59,018 nucleotides of DNA from a virus (IMGVR_UViG_3300003279_000015:1-59018), one strand, 5' to 3'; positions 47,526-56,910 are shown, numbered from the stretch's first letter. Notes: generated by a model not told the origin, from the sequence alone. Made by a program: numbers and translations.

Positions 47526-48425
47526 ATGACCGAGAACCAATCTATACCGTCCGCCACAGCCGATCGCAAGCACGGCGCCGCCGGCCCGGCGAAGCACCGC
47601 TGGATCAGGTTTTACCCAGATGATTGGGTGGGCGATCCGGCCCTTTCGCTCTGCTCCCTGGCCGCCCAGGGGCTGTGGATAAGGCTGATCTGCCTGGCCC
47701 ACAACGGCACGCCCTACGGGCACGTGACGATAGGCGGTTCCTCCGACTCGGGGGGCAAACCGATCGCGCCGACGCCGATTCTCATCGGAAAACTCGTCGG
47801 TTTGAGCGAAAATCGCACGAAAACCCTCCTGAAAGAGTTGCAGGACGCAGGCGTGTTTTCGCTCACACCCGAGGGGGTGATCTACTCCCGCAGGATGGTG
47901 AGAGACAGGGAGTTTCAGGAACTTAGCGCACAATGGGGCCGCGGCGGCGGCAATCCATCCCTTAAGGCGAGCCGCCGGGGTAGGGTTAACCCTCCCCATA
48001 ACGGGCGGCTTATTCCAGAGTCAGAGTCAGAATCAGAATCAGAGTCAGAGTCAGACGCGCGGGCGCGCGCGGCTGTGGATATCCGGAAAATGCCACGCCT
48101 CTCCGACCCGCCCGCCCGGTGGGAATCCCTCGCGCCAGCCTCCGAGGTCGACGAGGACGGATCACGCCACCCAGTGGTCGGCGGATACTACCTCGACGTG
48201 GTCGCCAAGCAGGTCTGCTCCGCCGCCAACATCAACGACGCCCACTGGCGAGGCGACTGGACACCGCTCGTCCAGTGGTTGCAGGACGGTCTCGTTCCCG
48301 ATAGCGTCATCCTGCCAGCCATCGCCGATGTCGCGGCCCGGCCGAAATACGTCGCTCGCGAGATCCGGTCCCTGGCCTATTTCGACAAGGCAGTGCGCGA
48401 GCGGGGGGCCAAGCATGCCGGGTGA
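47526..48425 (+). CDS. Replication initiator (YdaU/DUF1376-like wHTH N-terminus)
   Basis: W..FYP.DW..D..L..CS.AAQGLW, G.IYSRRMVRD; (ES)n linker. Confidence 0.75.
   Translation: MTENQSIPSATADRKHGAAGPAKHRWIRFYPDDWVGDPALSLCSLAAQGLWIRLICLAHNGTPYGHVTIGGSSDSGGKPIAPTPILIGKLVGLSENRTKTLLKELQDAGVFSLTPEGVIYSRRMVRDREFQELSAQWGRGGGNPSLKASRRGRVNPPHNGRLIPESESESESESESDARARAAVDIRKMPRLSDPPARWESLAPASEVDEDGSRHPVVGGYYLDVVAKQVCSAANINDAHWRGDWTPLVQWLQDGLVPDSVILPAIADVAARPKYVAREIRSLAYFDKAVRERGAKHAG
48018..48053. repeat. Six tandem GA(G/A)TCA units (six GANTC sites) in the probable origin
   Basis: gagtca gagtca gaatca gaatca gagtca gagtca. Confidence 0.9.
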
Positions 48426-48738
48426 AATCAAGCATCCCAGATCGGTCCAGTTGCTGGTCGCCGGGATGGAACAGGCGGCGCTCCGGCAGCGGGCCATGGA
48501 AAGCGACGCGCTCGCCGCCGAACTGGTCGGGCGCACCCTGGCCTGCCTGCGCAGCGGCGTCCCGGGATCGGTCTGCTACGCCGGCCAGGCGAAGGCGATC
48601 CTCTGGCTCCTGGCCCGCGGCACGGACACCGACGAGGAATTCCGCACGACGGTCGCCGCCTTCCAGACCCTCCTGTTCGCGCACGCCGCCAGAGGGCGTG
48701 ACGCCTGCAGCCGTGCGGAACTGGACCCGCCGGCGTGA
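48415..48738 (+). CDS. Hypothetical protein
   Basis: Overlaps both neighbours. Confidence 0.5.
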   Translation: MPGEIKHPRSVQLLVAGMEQAALRQRAMESDALAAELVGRTLACLRSGVPGSVCYAGQAKAILWLLARGTDTDEEFRTTVAAFQTLLFAHAARGRDACSRAELDPPA

Positions 48739-49361
48739 CCAAGCGGCCCGCCCGCGCGCCGCTGGACCGTGATCGGGCGGCCGACCGCATCGTGCCCCGG
48801 GCCCAGCGAGAACCGGTCGTCGACCGCTCCGGTGCCGTCCTCCGCGGGGCACGCATCGAGGTCGAGACCACCCTCGCCGGATCCGTGCGCATCACCCGGC
48901 GGAACGTGATCTCGTCCCTGCACTCCCTCGGCCGCAGCCGCGGCACCGACGAGGAAGGCAGCATGATCACCGCCAGGCACGTCGCGGCGGCCGAGATCCT
49001 CCTGCGGGACTGGGACGAGGTCGGTGCCGGAATCGCCCCGCCACCGCTGGACCTGCTCCGGACTGGCGGCGGCGGTGCGGGCCACGAGGGCCAGATCCTC
49101 CGCCTGGCGGGACAGGTAGCCACCCGCGACCGCCTGGCCGCCGCGCTGGCCCACTGCGGCACACAGGCGCCTATCCTGCACGCGGTCGTCCTGAGCGGGG
49201 TGAGCGTGCGCGTCTGCGCGATCGGAATGCGGGTCAACCGCCGCCAGTTGGTGGGCTACCTCGCCGGCGCGCTCGATCGCCTGATCGAGTTTTACGAGGC
49301 GCGTGGGATGACGATCGTCGCCTTTAAAGCGCCGAAAGCGCGCGCGGAGGGTGACGCCTGA
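48735..49361 (+). CDS. DUF6456-like putative late transcription regulator
   Basis: AAAE.L..DW, C-terminal HTH ..L..ALDRL..FY; end of the replication operon. Confidence 0.55.
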   Translation: MTKRPARAPLDRDRAADRIVPRAQREPVVDRSGAVLRGARIEVETTLAGSVRITRRNVISSLHSLGRSRGTDEEGSMITARHVAAAEILLRDWDEVGAGIAPPPLDLLRTGGGGAGHEGQILRLAGQVATRDRLAAALAHCGTQAPILHAVVLSGVSVRVCAIGMRVNRRQLVGYLAGALDRLIEFYEARGMTIVAFKAPKARAEGDA

Positions 49362-49465
49362 CCTGGCGCCGCCGGAAATCTCTGGATTTTCAGTGGGAAC
49401 CGAGCGGCCGCAACTCGCCGGTGGGTGCGCGCCAGGCTCGCCCTGGCGCGCATAAGCGGGCCATT

Positions 49466-49579
49466 TCAGCGGACGAAATGGTCGATCGACGCCAGGACGC
49501 GATCCGCTGCGCGCGCCCAGATCGAGAGCACAATCGCCAGGGCGAATGCCGCGATCACCAGGCGCTGCAGCGTCCGCAT
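49466..49579 (-). CDS. Small membrane peptide (37 aa)
   Basis: MRTLQRLVIAAFALAIVLSIW. Confidence 0.4.
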   Translation of the reverse strand: MRTLQRLVIAAFALAIVLSIWARAADRVLASIDHFVR

Positions 49580-49582
49580 CGG

Positions 49583-49783
49583 TCAGTCCTTCCTCGTCCA
49601 GGTGGTGAAGCCGGCCGCCTCAAATCCGCGGGCCTTGCAGTCGTCACAGAATCCGGATTGCCACCCGTTCGGCTTGGTGCCGACCCAGGTCGCCGGCTTG
49701 CCGCACTCGTGGCCGTACGTGCCAGGCTCGGCGTTGTGGCAGAGACCGTCGATCGCGTAGAGGTTCGGGACAGCGCGTTCCAT
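49583..49783 (-). CDS. Small Zn-binding protein
   Basis: C..., ECGKPA, FCDDC; GGAGAGG RBS. Confidence 0.6.
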   Translation of the reverse strand: MERAVPNLYAIDGLCHNAEPGTYGHECGKPATWVGTKPNGWQSGFCDDCKARGFEAAGFTTWTRKD

Positions 49784-49784
49784 G

Positions 49785-50108
49785 TCAGTCCCTCTCCGTC
49801 TTCATGTCCCAGGCGATCGGATCGGGTGGCAGGAACCCTCTCTCGTGTCCGGTGGCGTCGATGCGCACGATGGGAAGCCCGAACATGACGGCCCACTGTT
49901 CCGCCTCGCGCTCGGCGTGTTTCAGGTCCTTGCCGTGCCACGTGCTTTGATCAAGCTTCATGTGCCTGCCGCCGTATCCGACCGCGCGAGCCAGATAGAT
50001 GATTTCCAGCTTGTGCGCATAACTTCCGCGCTTACCCCGGTACCGGACAATCTCGATGCGCGGAGTTGGCGCTTCGTCGTCCGGATTCATCGTGAATTCC
50101 TGTGCCAT
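49785..50108 (-). CDS. Hypothetical protein
   Basis: Intact ORF within the operon; start uncertain. Confidence 0.5.
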   Translation of the reverse strand: MAQEFTMNPDDEAPTPRIEIVRYRGKRGSYAHKLEIIYLARAVGYGGRHMKLDQSTWHGKDLKHAEREAEQWAVMFGLPIVRIDATGHERGFLPPDPIAWDMKTERD

Positions 50109-50109
50109 G

Positions 50110-50394
50110 TCAGGCATCCCCGTCCGCGCCGCATAACTCGCAGTAGATGCGGCGCGGCTCCCCGAAACGCTCATCCTCCGACCCGACCCACACATGGGCG
50201 CAGTTGGAGCATGGCTCATCGTCCTCGATCGCTTCGTCGGCGTCGTAGGCCTGGTCGGTGAAGATCTCCGGCCGGTAGCGCGCCCGCTTCTCCGCCTCGC
50301 AATCGTCGCAGACGTAGGCGCAGAAGATCCCGCGCGCGTCGGTGAGGTCGCGCCGGGGCTTGCCGGAGCCGCAGGAGCAGGTGCGGATGTTCAT
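50110..50394 (-). CDS. Cys-rich Zn-binding protein
   Basis: CSCGSG, DARGIFC..VCDDC, CSNC, CELC. Confidence 0.65.
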   Translation of the reverse strand: MNIRTCSCGSGKPRRDLTDARGIFCAYVCDDCEAEKRARYRPEIFTDQAYDADEAIEDDEPCSNCAHVWVGSEDERFGEPRRIYCELCGADGDA

Positions 50395-50663
50395 GATCCG
50401 CCTCCTTCACCCGCCGCGATCTTGGCGCGATGGTCCAGCCAGGCATACAGCCCGACACCGCGCGCCTTCATGTTGTCGAAGGAATCGTCCTTGTGCCGGA
50501 ACTCGTCGAGGACGATCCGGTATTGCGGCCTGCCGTTGGTGCGCTTGTGGCGGGTGATGCCGATATCCCTCCCGTCGCAAAGCACCCGAAATCCCAACTC
50601 GGAAAACCCGCGCCCGGTAACGTGGAGCGTCATGGACTCGGTCCATTCGTGCTTGCTGGTCAT
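50391..50663 (-). CDS. Hypothetical protein
   Basis: ATGA coupling. Confidence 0.5.
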   Translation of the reverse strand: MTSKHEWTESMTLHVTGRGFSELGFRVLCDGRDIGITRHKRTNGRPQYRIVLDEFRHKDDSFDNMKARGVGLYAWLDHRAKIAAGEGGGS

Positions 50664-50977
50664 GGCGTGGCCCTCGTCAGCGCGGGGTGGGCATAGTCCA
50701 GCGGCGCCGCCTTGGCGTTGCAGGCGGCCCATTCCGTCATGGTGAACCGGTGCGCCGCCTGGTCGTCCGTGTCGAGCATCCGCACATGCACGTAGGTCAC
50801 CGTCCCGCGGCCCGGGTGCCGTTTCGGCACCCGGTTGAAGGACACCACGTAGCAGGGCCTGTCCTTCCAGATCAGGACCGGCTGCGGCGGCCGGCCGGTG
50901 TCGACCAGCCCGAGGTAGCTGTAGCGGTTGATGGGACTGACGTGTTCCCAGGTCGCCACGCGGTGGGTGGTGGTCAT
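50660..50977 (-). CDS. Hypothetical protein
   Basis: AGGAGG RBS. Confidence 0.55.
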   Translation of the reverse strand: MTTTHRVATWEHVSPINRYSYLGLVDTGRPPQPVLIWKDRPCYVVSFNRVPKRHPGRGTVTYVHVRMLDTDDQAAHRFTMTEWAACNAKAAPLDYAHPALTRATP

Positions 50978-50988
50978 GCTGTGCCCTC

Positions 50989-51771
50989 CTATTCCGCCGC
51001 CGGGACCGAGTAGCGGGTCGCCGCGCGCGTCGCGCCCTTGGCGATCGCCAACTTCAGCCCACGCTTCGCCGCGAACTTGGTCAGGTAGGCTTCCGCCGCG
51101 ATCGCCTTCCAGCCGAGCGCCGTGCGGATCTCCGTCGCCGTCGCGCCGCCATCCCGGCGAAGCTGCTCGAGGATGATCCGCTCGTTCTCGCCGTTGCCCG
51201 CGCGCGCCGCGCCGCTGCCCGCGCGCGCCGCCTTCGCCTTCTTGCCGGTCGTCTCGTAGACCACCCGGGCCGGGTCGGACGCGTCGCGCACCCGCACCAT
51301 CACCTTGAGGCGCTTCGCCGACTTGAAGGCGGTGACGACCGCGACGTCGCCGGGCCAGTGTCCGTCCTCGTCGCCGGTCACCAACTCGATGATGCAGCGC
51401 GCCGGCATCGGCGTGTTCCGGTCCCAGGCAACCGTGGGCGTGGCGATCGGCGCGGCCGGCACCGGTTCGGCCGCCACCGCCGCCTGTGTCGGCGCCACGC
51501 GCCGGCCCGGCTTGTGCTGCGGCAGGACGTCCGCCTTCGGCTCCGGCGCCGCCTGTGCGGCCGTGTCGCGCGCGTCCTCGGCATCCGCTGCGGCCTGCGC
51601 CTGGTCGATCGAGACGATCTCGAAGACGACGTTGCCCTTGGCGATCTCGCGCTCGCGGACGGTGTAGCCCAGCTTCGTGAGGTTCAGCCCGTTGCGCCGG
51701 AGGTACTGGTTCGCCGCCTTCATGCTCGACCAGGAGCGGTTCAGGTGGGTCTCGGCGATCGTAGTGGTCAT
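50989..51771 (-). CDS. Protein with C-terminal DUF3489-like winged helix
   Basis: IL..LRR.GGAT..EI..ALGW. Confidence 0.6.
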   Translation of the reverse strand: MTTTIAETHLNRSWSSMKAANQYLRRNGLNLTKLGYTVREREIAKGNVVFEIVSIDQAQAAADAEDARDTAAQAAPEPKADVLPQHKPGRRVAPTQAAVAAEPVPAAPIATPTVAWDRNTPMPARCIIELVTGDEDGHWPGDVAVVTAFKSAKRLKVMVRVRDASDPARVVYETTGKKAKAARAGSGAARAGNGENERIILEQLRRDGGATATEIRTALGWKAIAAEAYLTKFAAKRGLKLAIAKGATRAATRYSVPAAE

Positions 51772-51867
51772 TGTTGCGGTCTCCTGTTGGTGGGCGTGCT
51801 GCCCGGTGATCTGCGCGGTTGCCGAGCGCAGAGAGATGCCGGCGTTGCGGGCCGGCATCCCCCCGCG

Positions 51868-52065
51868 CTAGGCGAGGGCGAGGTAGGAAGCCTCCGTGCG
51901 CGCATCCAGCGCGCGGACCTCGGCGTCGTAATCCGCCTGGGTCAGGCTGCCGCTCACCAGGCGGCGATCGAGCGCGTTCATCTCGCGCTCGGCCTGGCGC
52001 TCGATCCGCTGCTCGGCGGCTTCGCGGGCGGCGACCTGGGCCAGGTATTCGTCGGTGGGATGCAT
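51868..52065 (-). CDS. Small helical protein
   Basis: AAGGAG RBS; IE...ER.M..LD..L..G.L.Q..YD. Confidence 0.6.
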   Translation of the reverse strand: MHPTDEYLAQVAAREAAEQRIERQAEREMNALDRRLVSGSLTQADYDAEVRALDARTEASYLALA

Positions 52066-52124
52066 GGGCGAAGCTCCTTGTTGCGGAGGCGCCAGGGCCG
52101 AAGCCCTGGCTGGGTTGCGGTTGA

Positions 52125-52427
52125 TCAGGCGGCGTAGGAAGCCATGGCGATGTCGAAGCCGGTCTTCGTCAGGGTGACGCACTCGCCGTCGCTCTTCAGG
52201 TGCCCGGCCTGCACCAGGGTGCCGACCACCGCGGCCAGTTGCTTGCCCTTCGGGCAGTCCCTCTCGTCGCTGTCGTCGATGCAGTTTGACCAGACCTGGA
52301 AGTCGCTCGCGTTGAACTCGTATCCGGCCGGCGGCCTGCCATAGTTGAAGGCGGTGAAGCTGTTGGTGAGGACCGAGCGGAGGACCTTGGTCTGCAGGGG
52401 TGTTGCGGTGGGGGAGGTTGCGGTCAT
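52125..52427 (-). CDS. Winged-helix-like protein
   Basis: VVGTLVQAG......VTLT.TG. Confidence 0.55.
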   Translation of the reverse strand: MTATSPTATPLQTKVLRSVLTNSFTAFNYGRPPAGYEFNASDFQVWSNCIDDSDERDCPKGKQLAAVVGTLVQAGHLKSDGECVTLTKTGFDIAMASYAA

Positions 52428-52479
52428 GCTCAGGTTCCTGTCCATTGCGGTGGCTCGGGCCGGCATCCGCCGGCAAGGC

Positions 52480-52595
52480 GACCATTAGCGTGTTGCTCCG
52501 GACGGACAAAGCAAAATGATGCCATATCGGTCGAATATCTCGCGCAGCCAGATTTCCCGTTGCAGTTGCGCCTGCGCTCGGTCTAAGGGTGTTGC
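52480..52595. promoter_or_regulatory. Divergent early promoter region
   Basis: AT-richer intergenic gap between divergent small genes, with TTG...-(A)ATGGT/AAGGGT elements on both strands. Confidence 0.4.
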
Positions 52596-52648
52596 GCCGG
52601 CGCAGCACTCGCGCCCGGCCGACCGCAACTCGGAGGGAGAACCACCCC

Positions 52649-52975
52649 ATGCCTGTCGCCCACCCGGATACCAAAAGCATCGACGCCGCCCAGGTCGCAG
52701 CCAGGCGGGCCGAAGCCGCCGCGCGTCTCGCCACCCAGATGGCGGACGAGGTTGGCACCACAGCCGCCCGCGAAATCGCCGCCTACGTCCGCCAGTGCGC
52801 GATGCGCGCCGTCGCTGACCGCCAGACGGCGAACACGGGCCACAGCGCCCTGGCGCCGATCGCCGCCCAGCAGGCGGCCAACAACGCCGAGGCAGCCCTT
52901 GCCGCAACGGAGGCTCTGTCGCGGACGATCACCGCCTACCACGCGGCACTCCGGCGCGCGGTGCCGGCCGCCTGA
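52649..52975 (+). CDS. Ala-rich helical protein
   Basis: GGAGGGAG RBS. Confidence 0.55.
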   Translation: MPVAHPDTKSIDAAQVAARRAEAAARLATQMADEVGTTAAREIAAYVRQCAMRAVADRQTANTGHSALAPIAAQQAANNAEAALAATEALSRTITAYHAALRRAVPAA

Positions 52976-53059
52976 CCGCCGGCCGCTGCCGTCTGCGAGG
53001 GCCACGCGCCCTCGCCCTCGGGAGCGACCGGCTCCGACCGCAACGAGGAACCAGGACCA

Positions 53060-53269
53060 ATGTTCAAACGCACGTACTCCGACAACGCCTGGCGCGCTGT
53101 CGATGTTGCCCTGCAGCGCCAGGGCGCCAACCCGGCGACCGCCGGCGAATTCCAGGCGGCCTGGCCGCGCACCGAGGACGCGTTGCCGACCGAGACGGCG
53201 AGGCGCATCGTCGCCCAGCGCAACCTGCCGGCCGATATGCGCCGCGCGATGTTCCGGGTGGTGACATGA
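53060..53269 (+). CDS. Hypothetical protein
   Basis: AGGA RBS. Confidence 0.55.
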   Translation: MFKRTYSDNAWRAVDVALQRQGANPATAGEFQAAWPRTEDALPTETARRIVAQRNLPADMRRAMFRVVT

Positions 53270-53592
53270 GTAAGCGCCCGAAGATGCGATTTAAGGATGC
53301 GATGGAGATCGCCGAAAGCATGGACCTGCCAGACGGCGCGTTCTGGGCCATGGCGCACGACATCGCTGGCCTGGAGTATGGGGAAGGGTTCGACGAATTG
53401 CTGTCCGACGATCGCGATCCACAGCCGCAGCGGCAAACACCAGCGAAGCTGAAGCGCTTTGTCTGTTCTGAATGCGGGAAGAAATTCACGACCAAGGGTG
53501 GACGCAAGCAGCATCGTCATGTGCGGCACCCGGAAGCCACCGCTGCGGCGCGTGCCGCCAGCGCCGCTGCGCGCGAGAGGGGTAGACCATGA
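53266..53592 (+). CDS. C2H2 zinc-finger protein
   Basis: FVCSECGKKFTTKGGRKQHRHVRH. Confidence 0.7.
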   Translation: MSKRPKMRFKDAMEIAESMDLPDGAFWAMAHDIAGLEYGEGFDELLSDDRDPQPQRQTPAKLKRFVCSECGKKFTTKGGRKQHRHVRHPEATAAARAASAAARERGRP

Positions 53593-53804
53593 CCGAGGCG
53601 CAGATCTTGAAGATCGTCCCGACGCTCACGCGCGTCGACCCGCGGTGTTTCCGCGCCGAGGAACTGTTCTGGTGGTGGCTCTGGCGTGCGAAGGTGATGG
53701 AGGACATGGGCAGCCTCCGAGGCATCACGCCACGGCACCTCGCGTGGGCAACGGGAGAAATGAACACCGCGATCGCCGCCGCGATCGGCTGGGCATCACG
53801 GTAG
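53589..53804 (+). CDS. Hypothetical protein
   Basis: ATGA coupling. Confidence 0.5.
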   Translation: MTEAQILKIVPTLTRVDPRCFRAEELFWWWLWRAKVMEDMGSLRGITPRHLAWATGEMNTAIAAAIGWASR

Positions 53805-53819
53805 AGGAAGGGCACAACC

Positions 53820-54230
53820 ATGCGAGTGATGACGACCGCGGATGCACGCAAGCGCATGTGCCCGATGAAGATGGTCGGCCTGGCCAGCAGCAGCGCCGAC
53901 CGGTGCCGCGCCGACGAGTGCATGGCCTGGCGCTGGTATCTGCTCAAGGTTCACGAGCACGTCACCGGCCCGATCGAGCGGACGCTGCGCATGCCCGGGG
54001 CGAAGATCGCGCACCAAGGCGCGACGGAGATCGTCTGGGCGTACAAGACGGAGGCGCGTCCTGATGTCGGATACTGCGGAATGGCGATCACGCCGACGCC
54101 TGGCGAATCCGGCGTTCTGCATCGCCAGGCGACCGAGGACGAATTCTGGCCGCTGACGGACTCTGGCGACGATCCCCAACCGGTGCCACTGCTACCGCAC
54201 CAGCAACCACCAACCGCAACTGAGGAATAA
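53820..54230 (+). CDS. Cys-containing hypothetical protein
   Basis: A.K.MCP, C.A..CMAWRW, GYCGMA. Confidence 0.6.
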   Translation: MRVMTTADARKRMCPMKMVGLASSSADRCRADECMAWRWYLLKVHEHVTGPIERTLRMPGAKIAHQGATEIVWAYKTEARPDVGYCGMAITPTPGESGVLHRQATEDEFWPLTDSGDDPQPVPLLPHQQPPTATEE

Positions 54231-54234
54231 ACCG

Positions 54235-55239
54235 ATGGAAACGCAAAAGACGATCGTCGCCTGGGCGATCGAGACGTTCGGCGACCTGGGCACGCTGCCG
54301 AAGCTGGCGGCACGCATGAACACCGAGGTCGCGGAGGTCCTGCGCGAAATTGTCTCTGAACCTATGGACCCATTCAAAGTGGCGCTCGAGTGCGCCGACG
54401 TTGCGATCATCCTATTTCGCATCTGCGAGATCACGGACATTGACCTCCGAGAGAAAGTGCCGGGTCTGCCGGACATGGGATGGATTGAAGAACCTGGCGC
54501 ATGGGAGCGTGCGGCGTTGTTGCTTCAAGGATGTGCCGCGCTGGCGTCGAGCGTTCCGCACGGTGACGATCCGATACCGTTCCAGGCAGATTGGTTTGCG
54601 AGAGAGGTCACCGGCATAGGCAGAATGCTCGAGGACCTTTCCAATTTCGTCGGCGTCCCTCTCAACATGGCGATCGATCGCAAGATGCAGATTAACCGGG
54701 CCAGGAAGTGGGTGCAGGGGAAGGACGGCAGCGACCATTGGGTTCGGGTCAGCGACCCGGCCGACCCGCCCATACCCAATGACGAGGCAATCAGCCGATG
54801 GATCGATGGCGAGGGGCGTATCCCTCCGGACATGAGCGAGCAGGATATCGTCGATCGGCTCAAGAACGTCCCGAGTTTGCTGCATCTCTCGTTGGAAGAC
54901 TGGGCGGAACAGCAGGGCAAGGTTCGCCGAGACGCTATCACCGAGATCCTTCGCCTCCGGTCCCAGGTCGCGGCGCTGGAAGCCATTGCGGCCCCCCGTT
55001 CCCAGGAAGCAGCGCGCCATGCCGCTGCGTCCGACAAATGCCACGCCGGCGTTGAGAAGGCGCTGGAGCTTGCCGCACACGCACTCTGCGGTGAGTTGGG
55101 GCCATGCAACTGCGGAGTGCGCTGTCGTGCTGGCGAAGCCGCACGCGCCGCTATCCTCGCCTTTCACACGATGATGCCGGATGAGGATCCCCTGATTGCC
55201 TGGTTTCCTTCCCGGATTGTGGAGGAATTGAGCAAGTGA
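54235..55239 (+). CDS. MazG-like/DUF550 dNTP pyrophosphohydrolase with C-terminal extension
   Basis: WA.ETFG, E..E, ECADV.I, AIDRKM.INRAR.W. Confidence 0.75.
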   Translation: METQKTIVAWAIETFGDLGTLPKLAARMNTEVAEVLREIVSEPMDPFKVALECADVAIILFRICEITDIDLREKVPGLPDMGWIEEPGAWERAALLLQGCAALASSVPHGDDPIPFQADWFAREVTGIGRMLEDLSNFVGVPLNMAIDRKMQINRARKWVQGKDGSDHWVRVSDPADPPIPNDEAISRWIDGEGRIPPDMSEQDIVDRLKNVPSLLHLSLEDWAEQQGKVRRDAITEILRLRSQVAALEAIAAPRSQEAARHAAASDKCHAGVEKALELAAHALCGELGPCNCGVRCRAGEAARAAILAFHTMMPDEDPLIAWFPSRIVEELSK

Positions 55240-55433
55240 CCCGCGCGATCGACGTCCTCATCCAGCGCCTGGACAAGATGGCGACCTCGCCGGCTCTCAC
55301 GCCGGCCGGCCGCGCGTTTGTCAGCCGACGCCTGGCCCACCGGCGGCGCCAGGCGGTCACCGGGCACGGTGATCCCGTCACCCTGGACGACGCCCCTGAC
55401 GACGCCAGCTATCCGCCGCTCGGGCCGATGTAG
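55236..55433 (+). CDS. Hypothetical protein
   Basis: GTGA coupling. Confidence 0.45.
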   Translation: MTRAIDVLIQRLDKMATSPALTPAGRAFVSRRLAHRRRQAVTGHGDPVTLDDAPDDASYPPLGPM

Positions 55434-55606
55434 CCCGTCTCGCCGGGCGAGATGCTTGACACGTTGGGCCAATATCTGTCCTAAATCCCGCATGATCCAG
55501 AAAAGCGCCATAAGCGAGCCGGCCATGTAGCCCGTTCTGGCGCTGGGAAACGGGGCAGTGACCAGCGATCAGTCCATCACCACGACCGCCGACCAGGGCC
55601 GCTGAA

Positions 55607-56896
55607 ATGGCCCTCGAGATCGTCTACCGCGACCTGTCCGAACTGATCCCGTACGGCCAGAACGCCCGGACCCACCCGAAATCCCAGATCGCTGCCCTCC
55701 GCCGCTCCCTCGCCGAATTCGGCTGGACGACGCCGATGGCGATCTCCGGGAACCACATGATCGCCGGGCACGGCCGCCTGATGGCGGCGATCGAGATGCG
55801 CGACGCCGGCCAGGCGATCCCTGGCAACCCGGACCCAAAGCAGGGGCCCACCGTCGACCTGTCCCACCTGACCCCAGCCCAGCAGCGCGCCTACGTCCTG
55901 GCCGACAACCGGATCGCCGAGCAGGCAGGCTGGGACAAAAAGATCCTGGCGGTCGAATTCGCCGCTCTTGCCGACCTGAAATTCGACGTGACCCTGACCG
56001 GGTTCGACCTGGACTTCGCCAACCGCCTCACCGGCTACCGCGGCAACGCCGACCCGGAAGCGATGCCGGAGCAGGGCGCCACGGTCATCTCCCGGCTGGG
56101 CGATATCTGGGCGCTCGGCACCCACCGCCTGGTCTGCGGCGACTGCACCGTCGAGGGCGTGGTGAAGGCGGCGCTGGACGGCGCGAAGCCGCACCTGATG
56201 GTCACCGACCCGCCCTATGGCGTGAACTATGACCCGTCCTGGCGGGCGCGCGCCGGCGTGAACCTGAACCCCGGCAAGCTGGGCGTGGTGCAGAACGACG
56301 GCCGGGCTGACTGGCGCCAGGCGTGGGCGCTGTTCCCCGGCGACGTCGCCTACGTCTGGCACGGCGGCCTGCATGCCGGTACCGTCGCCGAGAGCCTGAC
56401 TGCTTCCGGGTTCAATATCCGCGCTCAGATCATCTGGTCGAAAGACCGCTTCGCCCTCTCCCGCGGTGACTACCACTGGCAGCACGAGCCGGCCTGGTAT
56501 GCCGTCCGCTCCGGCGCCGCCGGGCACTGGAACGGCGATCGCTCCCAGACCACCATCTGGCCGATAAAGTCTCGGGAGGACGCTGGCTTCGGCCACGGCA
56601 CGCAGAAGCCGGTCGAGTGCATGAAGCGCCCGATCGAGAACAGCAGCGCGCACGGCGATCGCGTCTACGAGCCGTTCTCCGGTTCCGGCACCACGATCAT
56701 CGCCGCGGAAATGACGGGCCGCCTCTGCCACGCGATCGAGATCAGCCCGGCGTATGTCGACCTCGCCGTCCGCCGCTGGGAGCAATTCACCGGCCAGAAG
56801 GCGGCGCACGTCGAAACCGGCCTGGGGATCGAGGCGCTCGCGCTGTCTCGCCAGGAAGCGCCTGCCGCGGCTGAGGCGGAAGCGCCCGCGGCGTGA
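55607..56896 (+). CDS. ParB-N domain fused to an N4/N6 DNA methyltransferase (beta class)
   Basis: NARTH, AGHGR, ADN; TDPPY, H.TQKP, EPFSGSGTT. Confidence 0.92.
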   Translation: MALEIVYRDLSELIPYGQNARTHPKSQIAALRRSLAEFGWTTPMAISGNHMIAGHGRLMAAIEMRDAGQAIPGNPDPKQGPTVDLSHLTPAQQRAYVLADNRIAEQAGWDKKILAVEFAALADLKFDVTLTGFDLDFANRLTGYRGNADPEAMPEQGATVISRLGDIWALGTHRLVCGDCTVEGVVKAALDGAKPHLMVTDPPYGVNYDPSWRARAGVNLNPGKLGVVQNDGRADWRQAWALFPGDVAYVWHGGLHAGTVAESLTASGFNIRAQIIWSKDRFALSRGDYHWQHEPAWYAVRSGAAGHWNGDRSQTTIWPIKSREDAGFGHGTQKPVECMKRPIENSSAHGDRVYEPFSGSGTTIIAAEMTGRLCHAIEISPAYVDLAVRRWEQFTGQKAAHVETGLGIEALALSRQEAPAAAEAEAPAA

Positions 56897-56910
56897 CGTG
56901 AACGCCTCCG

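Noticed and set aside
48018-48053. CRISPR-like array
   Set aside because: A 6-bp microsatellite with no spacers; no cas genes and no other array seen in the window.
31608-55239. Z-base (2-aminoadenine) genome system
   Set aside because: No PurZ/adenylosuccinate synthetase-like ORF and no phage DNA polymerase recognised.
55434-55606. tRNA/ncRNA or late promoter in the gap before the MTase
   Set aside because: No cloverleaf; TTGACA is present at 55456 but the spacing to a -10 is poor, so it was not called.
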